DNA of 50,513 nt from a virus: IMG/VR virus record IMGVR_UViG_3300002098_000051, positions 1 through 50,513 of that record; one strand, written 5' to 3'. The notes beneath the pieces are model-generated. The model had not been told where the DNA came from and made no database searches. It saw only the letters and a program-made list of their open reading frames with translations. Below, piece after piece: positions 35,991 through 44,263 of the stretch. Made by a program: the position numbers and the translations under genes. The first letter of the stretch is position 1, and every line of letters starts with the position of its first letter.

Positions 35991-36644
35991 TTAAGACGCG
36001 TAATTAGCAATAGGATCAAATGGTGCCGTCGGTATTACGCAAACCAGGTTCGCGTCCCACGTTGGCAACATATCAAACGAGAAGTCGCATATATCCGGAG
36101 CGTTCAAACCATCCGAACCGCGAGCGCTTGTTCTGAAGTTATAAACCATAAACGGAAGGAAGTCCGTGCTGGCGTCATTGTCTCCGAAAATATATCCGTC
36201 CTTATTTACCATCCATAAACCCAGGCCCGAACCGCCAACCGTATTCTGCAAAGAATACTGGGTAAGCTGCTGCATAGATAACATAGATGGAGCGTCCTTG
36301 CTGCGGAATGATCCAGTAACCTTGATAACGCCTTCATCGTAAAGCTCGGGCAAACCGGCAAACGTGGCATTAGTATTAGCACCTATCTCGAGCGGAGTGC
36401 TCGGTGTTATTTTAGGATTAGAGAATACTGGCGAATAAACAATTTTTGTCGCATCGCTTGCTGCGATAAGCGTGTCCCACGCAGTTTTCGTCTTTGCCGT
36501 CGTAGTGGTAAGCGATACCGCGCCCTGAGGGTATTGCTGAAAAAAGAAGCGAGCAATCTGATCCATCCTGAATGGTATAGCGGATTGCGTTATTGCCGAA
36601 AGCGCGGCAGGCAGTGGCTGATTGTATGGGAATTTGGCACGCAT
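35991..36644 (-). CDS. hypothetical, probably abundant virion protein (217 aa)
   Basis: Monocistronic unit with its own TACATTTG box and its own terminator, the same arrangement as the capsid gene. Confidence 0.5.
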   Translation of the reverse strand: MRAKFPYNQPLPAALSAITQSAIPFRMDQIARFFFQQYPQGAVSLTTTTAKTKTAWDTLIAASDATKIVYSPVFSNPKITPSTPLEIGANTNATFAGLPELYDEGVIKVTGSFRSKDAPSMLSMQQLTQYSLQNTVGGSGLGLWMVNKDGYIFGDNDASTDFLPFMVYNFRTSARGSDGLNAPDICDFSFDMLPTWDANLVCVIPTAPFDPIANYAS

Positions 36645-36696
36645 AAATTAGTGGTTTTTTTAACTGATTTACGTTACCTCTTAACGTTTAATAAAA

Positions 36697-36704
36697 CAAA
36701 TGTA
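36697..36704 (-). promoter_or_regulatory. TAnnTTTG (-7 type) promoter box
   Basis: Minus strand reads TACATTTG, about 50 nt upstream of the ATG at 36644. Confidence 0.55.
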
Positions 36705-36761
36705 CTAAAAAATTAAGAACACCAAAAGAAAATAAAAAATAAGACGGTTAAGATAGATATT

Positions 36762-36776
36762 TGGCATAGTATTTGT
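36762..36776 (+). promoter_or_regulatory. sigma-54 (-24/-12) type promoter motif, antisense to the late operon
   Basis: TTGGCATagtatTTGT with the same spacing as the other sites, but the -12 element is GT rather than GC. ATG at 36799. Confidence 0.55.
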
Positions 36777-36798
36777 TCTATCATTAGAGGCGAACAAA

Positions 36799-37011
36799 AT
36801 GCCATTTTTTATGAAAAACAATTTCGAAACATCGGTAGATAATATGAATAACCAGGATATTATAAATTCCGCACAGGACGAGTTGAATACCAGAATTACT
36901 GCTTATTATCAAATGAACGATGACGGCGGCAATTACGAGGAGCGTTTTGTAATAGCCGAGCGCGTGGCTTCAAGATGGGGATTGTATGATAGCTCGAAAC
37001 TTGTTTTTTAA
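36799..37011 (+). CDS. hypothetical small protein (70 aa)
   Basis: ORF 22 nt after the promoter motif, followed by a hairpin at 37019-37053. Confidence 0.5.
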   Translation: MPFFMKNNFETSVDNMNNQDIINSAQDELNTRITAYYQMNDDGGNYEERFVIAERVASRWGLYDSSKLVF

Positions 37012-37053
37012 TAAAAAACCCTGCGTCGGATATATGGCTAAACCGGCGCAGGG
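37011..37053 (-). terminator. hairpin terminator after TerL
   Basis: CCCTGCG (37019-37025) pairs with CGCAGGG (37047-37053) around a long loop, with a T6 tail on the minus strand. Confidence 0.55.
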
Positions 37054-37093
37054 TAAAAACATGAATCATCAAGAGCGATGCGAATATACACAG

Positions 37094-38698
37094 TTAACTC
37101 CGTTTAGTCAAACCGGTATCGTAAATAGTTTCGAGTTCGAAGTTTTCTCTCATCATTATCGAGTCGGCAAAGTCCGGAGATCTTCCGTTAAGTATTATTT
37201 TTTGCTCAGACTTTTCATTAATAGTAAATTTTACAACGCTGTTGTCAATCTCCGACTCTCCTCGTTTGATCGCACGCAGGTCTTGCTTAACTAACTCTCG
37301 CACGTCCTTCATCTCGCTTTTAACCTTTAGCGTTAATCTAAACTCTGGGTTCGGCGACCCTGGCGTATATACTTTGACTGTTTGGTGATTAAGAGATAGT
37401 CTTATTTGGCCCTCGTTTACTCGCTTTGCTATACGGTAGTAACACTGCGTCTTGCGGTTCTTGTAATTCTCTGGCCCGTTACGCATAATAGGGTCTTCGA
37501 GTGGGGCTGCGCCGCCTCGGAAGCCTTCGTACTCGCCAAACTTAACCGTATCGCCGCCAACGCCGTCCTGATCCACTATGACGTAGTGCTTTTGAACCAT
37601 AAATTTCATTCTCAGTAATTCAATCTCTTTTTTAATGTCATGGGTATCTGAAATATAGAATATCGTCATGTGTATAACCTCCCAACCGGCCCAAACCAGG
37701 ATGACGCAAAAGTCTGCACCAAACTTTGCGGCGTCGCAAGTGATATATTTCTTTACTCTCCCGATTGGCCTGTAAACCGGCTTGTCGTCATCGTAGCCGA
37801 TCAACTGGAAAGCCTGCTCCTCTATCGGGTTGGTGTATATCGACTCGATTGCTTTGTATTGGAATAAACCCAGTCCGTCAGTTCTTATCTTCCAGTTACC
37901 GCCAAAGAAACGCATCTTTTCAGCTTCGTCGAGAGCTAACAAATTCGCCAAATAGCCAGGGTCTTGTGCAATGCCTATTTTATTATCATAAACAACCCCT
38001 GGAATGAATGTAAACGATTTAACAAGATCGAGGACGTTTATGCCTGCGTTGGCAAATTCTGGGTTATCAAATATGTGCGGACAAAGAGCTATAACCTCTT
38101 CTTTCGTATCACCCCACACTATTGTATTGCCATCCTTTGTAAAGTACCGCAATACACCGGCTCGTTCTTTTATAGGGTATCCACTTTCCTGATCAATCCA
38201 CCACGATATAAGGTTAGCCACCCAGCTATCTGGGTCTGGGTTACAAAACGCTCGGAAGTAAGGCCGCACGCCAGACGTGGATCGGTTACGGCTTAACATA
38301 AACCAAAATTTCCTTTCCGTAAACTCGGTGAGCTCGTCCATTATTATCAGAGCTATTTGCGACCCCTGCCATTTAGCCAAATCGTTTTCATTCTCTATGC
38401 CATCGAAAGAAATACACGCTCCAGATGGAAATGTCCAATCCATTTCAGCAGACCTCGGAGTGGCGATACCCGAATACCATTTAACACTCTCATCCCACAT
38501 CGCACCCTCTTTGCGTAAGTTTTCTCTGGTATTTCTAAATATTGTACACCCGAAATCTTTATTACCGGTATTGCGAAGCGCTTCCATAAGGCCCGTGAAG
38601 GACTTACCACAAAACGCAGCGCCACCGCCAACAGCTATGTCTGCTGGTGTAGATAAAAACATCTCTTGAAATCCGGCTTGCGGTTTTATTATTTGCAT
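37094..38698 (-). CDS. terL: terminase large subunit
   Basis: Has Walker A (VGGGAAFCGKSF), Walker B (LIIMDELTEF) and a C-terminal nuclease-sized domain. 534 aa. Confidence 0.85.
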   Translation of the reverse strand: MQIIKPQAGFQEMFLSTPADIAVGGGAAFCGKSFTGLMEALRNTGNKDFGCTIFRNTRENLRKEGAMWDESVKWYSGIATPRSAEMDWTFPSGACISFDGIENENDLAKWQGSQIALIIMDELTEFTERKFWFMLSRNRSTSGVRPYFRAFCNPDPDSWVANLISWWIDQESGYPIKERAGVLRYFTKDGNTIVWGDTKEEVIALCPHIFDNPEFANAGINVLDLVKSFTFIPGVVYDNKIGIAQDPGYLANLLALDEAEKMRFFGGNWKIRTDGLGLFQYKAIESIYTNPIEEQAFQLIGYDDDKPVYRPIGRVKKYITCDAAKFGADFCVILVWAGWEVIHMTIFYISDTHDIKKEIELLRMKFMVQKHYVIVDQDGVGGDTVKFGEYEGFRGGAAPLEDPIMRNGPENYKNRKTQCYYRIAKRVNEGQIRLSLNHQTVKVYTPGSPNPEFRLTLKVKSEMKDVRELVKQDLRAIKRGESEIDNSVVKFTINEKSEQKIILNGRSPDFADSIMMRENFELETIYDTGLTKRS

Positions 38699-39861
38699 TA
38701 CTTATTTAGGATATAATTAAAAAGCAGATTATTAGTTCCTAAAATGGGTGCCGATATAGTATTTACGGTTAAAGTAGTTCCGGATATAGAAGAACTCTGA
38801 ACTGTAGATGCTATATTCTTAGATTGAACAATACACTTCGTGTATCCTGTAGCAACAGTAAACGTAAAAGATGTAGCTACGCCAGTGCCGCTTGCTGTTA
38901 AACTTCCGGACAAGCCAACATCAGCACTATCGGCAAATGTATATGACTTACCTTGCGGCGTGAATATAAAACTACCAGACGCTGTCGGGAATCCGTATTG
39001 ATATGTGGTTAATGTAACTGTATTAAAATAATAATATCCGAACGAGTTAGATAAATGAATTTCGTTTATGTCTGTCGCATCTTGTAATTCTACATCTGTG
39101 CTATTTAGGTTTGTCGCTCCGTTTCCGGATGTTATCGTAAAAGCTGGGTTAGATGCGGCCGAGTCGTTTGATATAAATAACGGAGCTGCGCTACTTTGTC
39201 TTCGAGTAATTAAAATTCGATGAGTTGTGTTTTCTCCGTTGGCTAATACCTGGTCTAATGTTAAAGAACCACCGCCACCAGATGAAATCAATGCTCTTAC
39301 CTGGGCTAACGTTGCCGCACTATCTGTTGTATTTGCGCCGGTTAATATTCTTATTGTTTTTCCAGATCTCGTTAGTGATATATAACCATTTGTATAATTA
39401 TATTTAAAATTATCTGATTGAGTTAATACCGCCGGAGATCCACTAGAGTATAATAAGTCCATATCTGTTCCATTAGTTACAGGGTCTCCTATTGTTATAA
39501 GACCTACTCCTGTTGTATTTAATCCGTGTGCTATAAAATAATTTATAACGCTGGTCGCAGATGCAAAGCATATCGTATCAGATCCGCTTACTGTGTAATA
39601 TTTATTGAAATGCTGCGGACTGATAATAACAGGATTAACTTGTGCGTAAGGAATAGGAGGGTAAGAAAAATTAAAACCTACAGCCGTCGTGTCTCTTGAC
39701 CATACAATAGATAAAGAATTTAGAGGGTAAGTTACCCCTCCTACCGTAAACGATGTGGTGGTAAATGTCAACCTCGTAGTTCCCGTCGGGCAACTTTGAT
39801 GTCCTGCGCCGTGCGCCAATGTGCTAATCAATAGCATCAATAAGAATAGTGTCTTTTTCAT
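38698..39861 (-). CDS. secreted Thr/Ser/Gly-rich beta-type protein with an N-terminal signal peptide
   Basis: Starts MKKTLFLLMLLISTLAHGAGHQSC. TAATG overlap with the TerL start. Occupies the slot where a small terminase gene is normally found. Confidence 0.55.
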   Translation of the reverse strand: MKKTLFLLMLLISTLAHGAGHQSCPTGTTRLTFTTTSFTVGGVTYPLNSLSIVWSRDTTAVGFNFSYPPIPYAQVNPVIISPQHFNKYYTVSGSDTICFASATSVINYFIAHGLNTTGVGLITIGDPVTNGTDMDLLYSSGSPAVLTQSDNFKYNYTNGYISLTRSGKTIRILTGANTTDSAATLAQVRALISSGGGGSLTLDQVLANGENTTHRILITRRQSSAAPLFISNDSAASNPAFTITSGNGATNLNSTDVELQDATDINEIHLSNSFGYYYFNTVTLTTYQYGFPTASGSFIFTPQGKSYTFADSADVGLSGSLTASGTGVATSFTFTVATGYTKCIVQSKNIASTVQSSSISGTTLTVNTISAPILGTNNLLFNYILNK

Positions 39862-39880
39862 TTGGAAATTGTTTTAGCTC

Positions 39881-39888
39881 CAAATATA
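39881..39888 (-). promoter_or_regulatory. TAnnTTTG (-7 type) promoter box
   Basis: Minus strand reads TATATTTG, 19 nt upstream of the ATG at 39861. Confidence 0.5.
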
Positions 39889-39930
39889 AAGAAACTAATC
39901 TTAACTGACGTTCGATGCAGAGTTGGCGCG

Positions 39931-40272
39931 TTACCCTACGCCTTTATATTTATCGAATATAAGTGATGGACAATCAAAGATACTTTCTTCCTGGTAGTCT
40001 TTAACGGACGGAAGCGCACCCTGATCGGTAGCCGGTACGAAATGAAATGATATAAGTTTCTCTGGCCCAGAATTTTCGGTCGCAGCAATGGCTTCGGCTA
40101 ATGTATATACTCCGGCACCAGCCACCTCGAATACATAACCGCACCTTCCGCTGCGCCAGTATGCACTATGCTGTCCGGAATAGATGTACACATTGCGCGA
40201 TTCGTATTTTTTAAGATACTTTTTCTGATCCTTAGTTTCGAGTCTCTGGTAGGCGATTAATTTGATATCCAC
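39931..40272 (-). CDS. hypothetical protein (113 aa)
   Basis: ORF in operon context. No motif recognised. Confidence 0.5.
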   Translation of the reverse strand: MDIKLIAYQRLETKDQKKYLKKYESRNVYIYSGQHSAYWRSGRCGYVFEVAGAGVYTLAEAIAATENSGPEKLISFHFVPATDQGALPSVKDYQEESIFDCPSLIFDKYKGVG

Positions 40273-40414
40273 AGAAGTTGCTTTTTTTAGGAATGATATA
40301 ATTATTTACAATGTATTCGAATTGGTTTTCCATTAACCGATGTTCGAGTTTTATACCGGCTACAATGTGCGCCGGTGATCCTATAAACTTACCTCGATTA
40401 GCTTTCTTTGTCAT
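40232..40414 (-). CDS. hypothetical protein (60 aa)
   Basis: ATGA overlap with the RNase H stop (40411-40414). Confidence 0.4.
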   Translation of the reverse strand: MTKKANRGKFIGSPAHIVAGIKLEHRLMENQFEYIVNNYIIPKKSNFCGYQINRLPETRN

Positions 40415-40836
40415 AGTGCTTTGCGACTTAAAGTTACTGCTGTTTCGTTTTTATCCTTATCTACTAACGTCAAAACAACCGTTCGCTCTTCTTTTATTAA
40501 AGCTAACAATTCTTTCGCTTTAATTGCAGAGTTATAATACGAACCTTTTTTAATTTGCCACGATCCGTTCATTTGATTAATAACCATCTTTGAATCGCTT
40601 TGTATCAGTATTTTTTGTTTGTCTTTGGTAACGCTTATAAGGCGCACCAACAAACAACCGAAGGCCTGGTAATCGGCGAGTATGTTTGTATTGTCCGGAC
40701 GCGGCGTAACGTGCTTAGACATTTCGTCCATCACTTCTCCGTTGGCGTCAACTATTACCGCGCCCAACCCTAACGCGCCGCCAGGGTTGGTTGGCTCGCA
40801 TACACCGTGGAAATAGCAAATATAATCGTATTCCAT
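40411..40836 (-). CDS. RNase H (type 1-like)
   Basis: Has GVCEPTNPGGALGLGAVIV..., TNILADYQAF and ILIQSDSKMVINQMNGSWQIKKG, which fit the RNase HI catalytic D-E-D(-D) layout. Confidence 0.68.
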   Translation of the reverse strand: MEYDYICYFHGVCEPTNPGGALGLGAVIVDANGEVMDEMSKHVTPRPDNTNILADYQAFGCLLVRLISVTKDKQKILIQSDSKMVINQMNGSWQIKKGSYYNSAIKAKELLALIKEERTVVLTLVDKDKNETAVTLSRKAL

Positions 40837-41231
40837 TAAAAGGAGATTAATATAATCCGTAATTCGAAAGTGTCTACTCTGCTATCGTATTTGGTATTTA
40901 TAACCAAACCATTATCGAGACAAGTTATACCCCACTCTATTACTGGCATTTCCGCTGGCCCGATCCTCATCCGCGCTGCGTTGTCCGGTAAGATTAGTGG
41001 CCGTATTGCTGTATTCGGATTAAGCAGCTTCTCTTTAATAGCCCTTAAAAGCATTATTAAAGTGTGTTTGAATTTTAAGTGAAAGTCGCTTTCGTCTCTT
41101 ATTTCAAAACCGGCGCGAAGGTCTATATAATCCTCTCTCGCTTCTCCTGTTTCTGCATTAGATATATCATTAAGGAGCTTTTCTATTTTAGTGCTCTCTA
41201 TTGCTTTGTGTATTTCAATGTCGTGTTTCAT
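40836..41231 (-). CDS. hypothetical protein (131 aa)
   Basis: TAATG overlap with the RNase H start. Confidence 0.5.
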   Translation of the reverse strand: MKHDIEIHKAIESTKIEKLLNDISNAETGEAREDYIDLRAGFEIRDESDFHLKFKHTLIMLLRAIKEKLLNPNTAIRPLILPDNAARMRIGPAEMPVIEWGITCLDNGLVINTKYDSRVDTFELRIILISF

Positions 41232-41374
41232 TATCTGATTTTTATAAATAAAATATCGTAAATCTTTTTATTAACTATCCATATTAAACAACGATCTCCA
41301 AAACCATAGTGAACGTGAATCAACTTAAATACAACGCCTTTTTTGATGAGCCAGAATATTGTAGGTATTGCCAT
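41231..41374 (-). CDS. small protein (47 aa), not in ORF track
   Basis: MAIPTIFWLIKKGVVFKLIHVHYGFGDRCLIWIVNKKIYDILFIKIR fills a 145-nt gap. Its ATG lies 2 nt after the upstream stop, and its stop shares a base with the next ATG (TAATG). Confidence 0.45.
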   Translation of the reverse strand: MAIPTIFWLIKKGVVFKLIHVHYGFGDRCLIWIVNKKIYDILFIKIR

Positions 41375-41376
41375 TA

Positions 41377-41679
41377 TTATTCTATTATGCTGGTTACGAT
41401 TAATAATACACCATTAGCGGCGTTATTGGCGACAAGTTTTGGGACGCAGTTTATTTTAATCTTACCGCCTACAACAAACAACGCATCGTGCGACCGCTTT
41501 ACTGGATCAAAATCTATAGATACCTGCGTTTCGTTGGCAAGGTTGCAAGATGGTATCTTGTCAATTACTTCACTATAACAGGTAACGGTATGTATTTTAT
41601 CTAAACCAGTTACTTTCGCTTTGCGCCGGTAGTGTATGTTATCATCCACTATGTCGGTTATTTCTATTTCTGCAATCAT
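41377..41679 (-). CDS. hypothetical protein (100 aa; start revised to ATG at 41679)
   Basis: The track N-terminus (41680-41742) is the A/T promoter element. The ATG at 41679 lies exactly 4 nt after the TACATTTA box. Confidence 0.5.
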   Translation of the reverse strand: MIAEIEITDIVDDNIHYRRKAKVTGLDKIHTVTCYSEVIDKIPSCNLANETQVSIDFDPVKRSHDALFVVGGKIKINCVPKLVANNAANGVLLIVTSIIE

Positions 41680-41683
41680 GGCA

Positions 41684-41758
41684 TAAATGTATAAACATTT
41701 TTGTTCTAAAAAAATTATTTTTAAAAATTTTTTTATTGACACGAAGTGTTTACATTTG
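41684..41758. promoter_or_regulatory. bidirectional promoter module B (inverted copy of module A)
   Basis: Reading left to right: minus-strand TACATTTA (41684-41691); a 16-nt spacer; the reverse complement of the 33-mer GTCAATAAAAAAATTTTTAAAAATAATTTTTTT (41708-41740); a 10-nt spacer; plus-strand TACATTTG (41751-41758). Confidence 0.7.
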
Positions 41759-41774
41759 TAAAAAATAAAACAAC

Positions 41775-42674
41775 ATGAACAAAAGCATTCAAATCAAACT
41801 GAAAGGAGGCGGCACGTTTACGCTAACATCGGCTGGCCTCGCAAAACTACACGCTGCCGGTAGAACGCTCGCGGCGTTCGGAGCAAACGAAATAGATAAA
41901 GACTTACCAATTCGCGAAGGTCTTATAGACGACGAAACTTTTGGCATCAAGTGGGCTGAGGTTACGATGGGTCAGGCTTTGAAAGAAGCTAACAAATTTC
42001 GTGATTACTTTACTAAAGTAGAAAGCCTCCGTGAGTTATCAAAGTATGTGCATGTCGGCGCAATAGCTCCGCACGAAGATATTGCCGACGCAATGGTGGA
42101 CAAAGTAGAGGCCCTGGTTGTTAACGCAGTGGCTTTCGATAAGCATAAAGACGGCCTGCGTTTATTTGTTGAAAACGTAGAGAGTATTCTTTTACCAGGA
42201 TCGGTACACGGCAGCATAAAGAATGATGCTGACGGTTTGCCATTTGGCAACATGATTGATTTACTTAAACAAGTCGACGCCAACGTTAAGCAAAGACTTA
42301 TCGATAAGGATCGTGTAAGTAAAGAGCTTTCTGATGAGCGTAACATGCTTACCGAGTTTTTGTTAACCACCATGAATATATCGAAAGATATTACAGATCA
42401 CTCCACTACGCACGGCGCAGCGATGAACCTTATGCTGGATCAGCGCAGAAAGATCGCAAACCTCGACGAAAAGCTCACCGAGGTAGCTACGCATCGCGAT
42501 AAACTAGAGCAGCGCCTTACCGATATTACAAAAGAACACACTGCCTTATCTAATACGCTACAAAGTTTCGACAAGCTCCTTGAGCTTACCCTGGCGCACG
42601 TACTTAGCAACCGCGCAAACTTTACAGATAGCCAAAAGAAAACGCTTCTCGCTATTGCTGTATTCAACGATTAG
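41775..42674 (+). CDS. hypothetical helical protein (299 aa)
   Basis: First gene from the plus-strand box of module B. No motif recognised. Confidence 0.55.
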   Translation: MNKSIQIKLKGGGTFTLTSAGLAKLHAAGRTLAAFGANEIDKDLPIREGLIDDETFGIKWAEVTMGQALKEANKFRDYFTKVESLRELSKYVHVGAIAPHEDIADAMVDKVEALVVNAVAFDKHKDGLRLFVENVESILLPGSVHGSIKNDADGLPFGNMIDLLKQVDANVKQRLIDKDRVSKELSDERNMLTEFLLTTMNISKDITDHSTTHGAAMNLMLDQRRKIANLDEKLTEVATHRDKLEQRLTDITKEHTALSNTLQSFDKLLELTLAHVLSNRANFTDSQKKTLLAIAVFND

Positions 42675-42708
42675 TCGGAGTTGTGATCCGGTTAAACAAA
42701 ACCATGTG

Positions 42709-42732
42709 CCTCGATCTTTAAACGGATCGAGG
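42709..42732 (+). terminator. hairpin, weak terminator
   Basis: CCTCGATC (42709-42716) pairs with GATCGAGG (42725-42732), followed by only TTT. Confidence 0.4.
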
Positions 42733-42807
42733 TTTCGTGGTGCCAAAACAAAAACTGTATTAATTTCGAATATTAAAGATTTTTTTTTAACCGCTAAAAT
42801 TAGCAAC

Positions 42808-43287
42808 ATGCAGACAAAATGGAATGCCAAAGACAAGGGCTTCGCCCTCAAGAACAACCTGATCATCGCGCTGGTGGTGGCTAAAATTCTCGCCGAAGAG
42901 GATGAGCAAACGCCGGAGAATGTTCAGAACATCACCGAAGACGGCGATACATTCGATGACACCCAGATCTTCGCAACACCCGAAGAAGTGGGCCGCGCTC
43001 TTATCGCGGACTGGTATAAGAGAAACCCTCCTGTACAGGCCGACGCCTCGTTCAAGGTCGACAGCACCACCGTACAGGTAGGCGCAACAGCAAACGCGGT
43101 TCCTGCAACGCCAGGTGGATCGTTTTCAAGCGACAACTCTTCGGTGGCTACAGTTACCGCCGACGGCCTTATTACCGGCGTAAGCGAAGGAAATGCTAAC
43201 ATTACTTACACGGTAGCCAACCCCAACCCGACAACGGAAACGGTGGTAGGTATTACTGTAGTTCCTGCCGCCAACGCTGCGCTGTAA
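42808..43287 (+). CDS. Ig-like (Big_2-type) domain protein (159 aa; start revised to 42808)
   Basis: C-terminal VQVGATANAVPATPGGSFSSDNSSVATVTADGLITGVSEGNANITYTV fits the bacterial Ig-like group 2 pattern. The track N-terminal extension crosses a hairpin and the preceding gene. Confidence 0.6.
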   Translation: MQTKWNAKDKGFALKNNLIIALVVAKILAEEDEQTPENVQNITEDGDTFDDTQIFATPEEVGRALIADWYKRNPPVQADASFKVDSTTVQVGATANAVPATPGGSFSSDNSSVATVTADGLITGVSEGNANITYTVANPNPTTETVVGITVVPAANAAL

Positions 43288-43307
43288 GGATCGTAAGTAA
43301 TAGGAAT

Positions 43308-43339
43308 GAAAAAACCCAGGTTTCGGCCTGGGTTTTTTT
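43308..43339. terminator. strong bidirectional terminator between convergent genes
   Basis: A7-CCCAGG (43315-43320), loop, CCTGGG (43327-43332)-T7. Confidence 0.88.
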
Positions 43340-43357
43340 ATATCGTTTAAGTAGCTT

Positions 43358-43927
43358 CTACTGACTTCGGTAATAAATATACTCTTTATTAAGATAGTAA
43401 GAAGCGAAGGCTGCGTATTGATGCGTGCCGTCTGGCGTTAACTTGACTCGGTAAAACCTATCATCTTTAAGAAAGCTCCACCCTCCGGATACAAATAACG
43501 CGAGATCATTAGCAACGAGCGTGATCGGCGAAGCGCCAACCTCCGTTCCCCAGTGGATCGCGTCCGTCGAACTTTCCAAAGTAGCTACAACCGTTGACGT
43601 GCCTACGCCTACCGTCAGGAGGCTAACCTTTACCTCGAGGTGGCCATAACCGACAATCGGGTAAGGATAAAACAGCGAGTCTGTTTGCGTCCCTTGCAAT
43701 GGTATCATCTTGCATGTGGTAAGGTACATTTTGACGGTAGCCGATCCGGTATCGAGCTGCGTGCCGATGTTGTCTGGCGTAACTTCATTGAAGTACACAT
43801 TATCAAGGTTCAGCATCTGTCCGGATACCTCATACGGCCCATTAAGTGGAACCTGCGCAAACGCGCCAGGTGGGGCCGCGAAACAAAGTAGTGCGATCAG
43901 CACCATTCTGATGTGTTTCATAATCAT
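43358..43927 (-). CDS. secreted protein with a signal peptide (189 aa)
   Basis: Starts MIMKHIRMVLIALLCFAAPPGAFAQ. A near-consensus TACTTTTA box lies 10 nt upstream. Confidence 0.55.
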   Translation of the reverse strand: MIMKHIRMVLIALLCFAAPPGAFAQVPLNGPYEVSGQMLNLDNVYFNEVTPDNIGTQLDTGSATVKMYLTTCKMIPLQGTQTDSLFYPYPIVGYGHLEVKVSLLTVGVGTSTVVATLESSTDAIHWGTEVGASPITLVANDLALFVSGGWSFLKDDRFYRVKLTPDGTHQYAAFASYYLNKEYIYYRSQ

Positions 43928-43962
43928 TTAATTTTTGTAAAAGTAAGTAAAAGATTCAATAT

Positions 43963-44259
43963 TCAAAGCTCGGGCAAATCGTACCAGCCACGCAACGCAT
44001 GTGCACAATCGCTTAGATAGTTTATTCTGCCGTCCTGAACAAAAGTATGGCACAATGTCTTCTCCGGAGTGCCGGTTTGTGGGTTAGCAGGATGAAATAC
44101 ACGTATAGACGGAGAAAATGTTGGCTTATCTATATCATTATTAAAACGCCAGCACGGACTTTCCTTCGGATCGGTATTAACTGCGTGGCTATTGCCACAA
44201 CCTGGGCAATCGAACAGATATGTCCCTTTAACGTTTTGTATTTCTCTAACCTTTGCTAT
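43963..44259 (-). CDS. Cys/His-motif protein (CPGC...C...CH...DCAH; DUF6527-like from memory) lacking a canonical start codon
   Basis: The minus-strand frame is open from 44277 to TGA at 43965-43963. It reads ...IIAKVREIQNVKGTYLFDCPGCGNSHAVNTDPKESPCWRFNNDIDKPTFSPSIRVF...LCHTFVQDGRINYLSDCAHALRGWYDLPEL. There is no usable ATG/GTG/TTG (the only one is a TTG 76 codons in). An in-frame ATA at 44259 sits 4 nt after the TACTTTTA box. Confidence 0.5.
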   Translation of the reverse strand: MAKVREIQNVKGTYLFDCPGCGNSHAVNTDPKESPCWRFNNDIDKPTFSPSIRVFHPANPQTGTPEKTLCHTFVQDGRINYLSDCAHALRGWYDLPEL

Positions 44260-44263
44260 AATG

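Noticed and set aside
36635-36649. TTTGGCACgcataAATT as a sigma-54-type site
   Set aside because: There is no GC or GT at the -12 position. The TGGCAC is explained by the codons (complement) for the N-terminus MRAKF of the 217-aa gene.
37406-38669. Several plus-strand ORFs (62-130 aa) and one nested minus-strand ORF within TerL
   Set aside because: They are nested in or antisense to a terminase gene with Walker A/B motifs. No independent signals are present.
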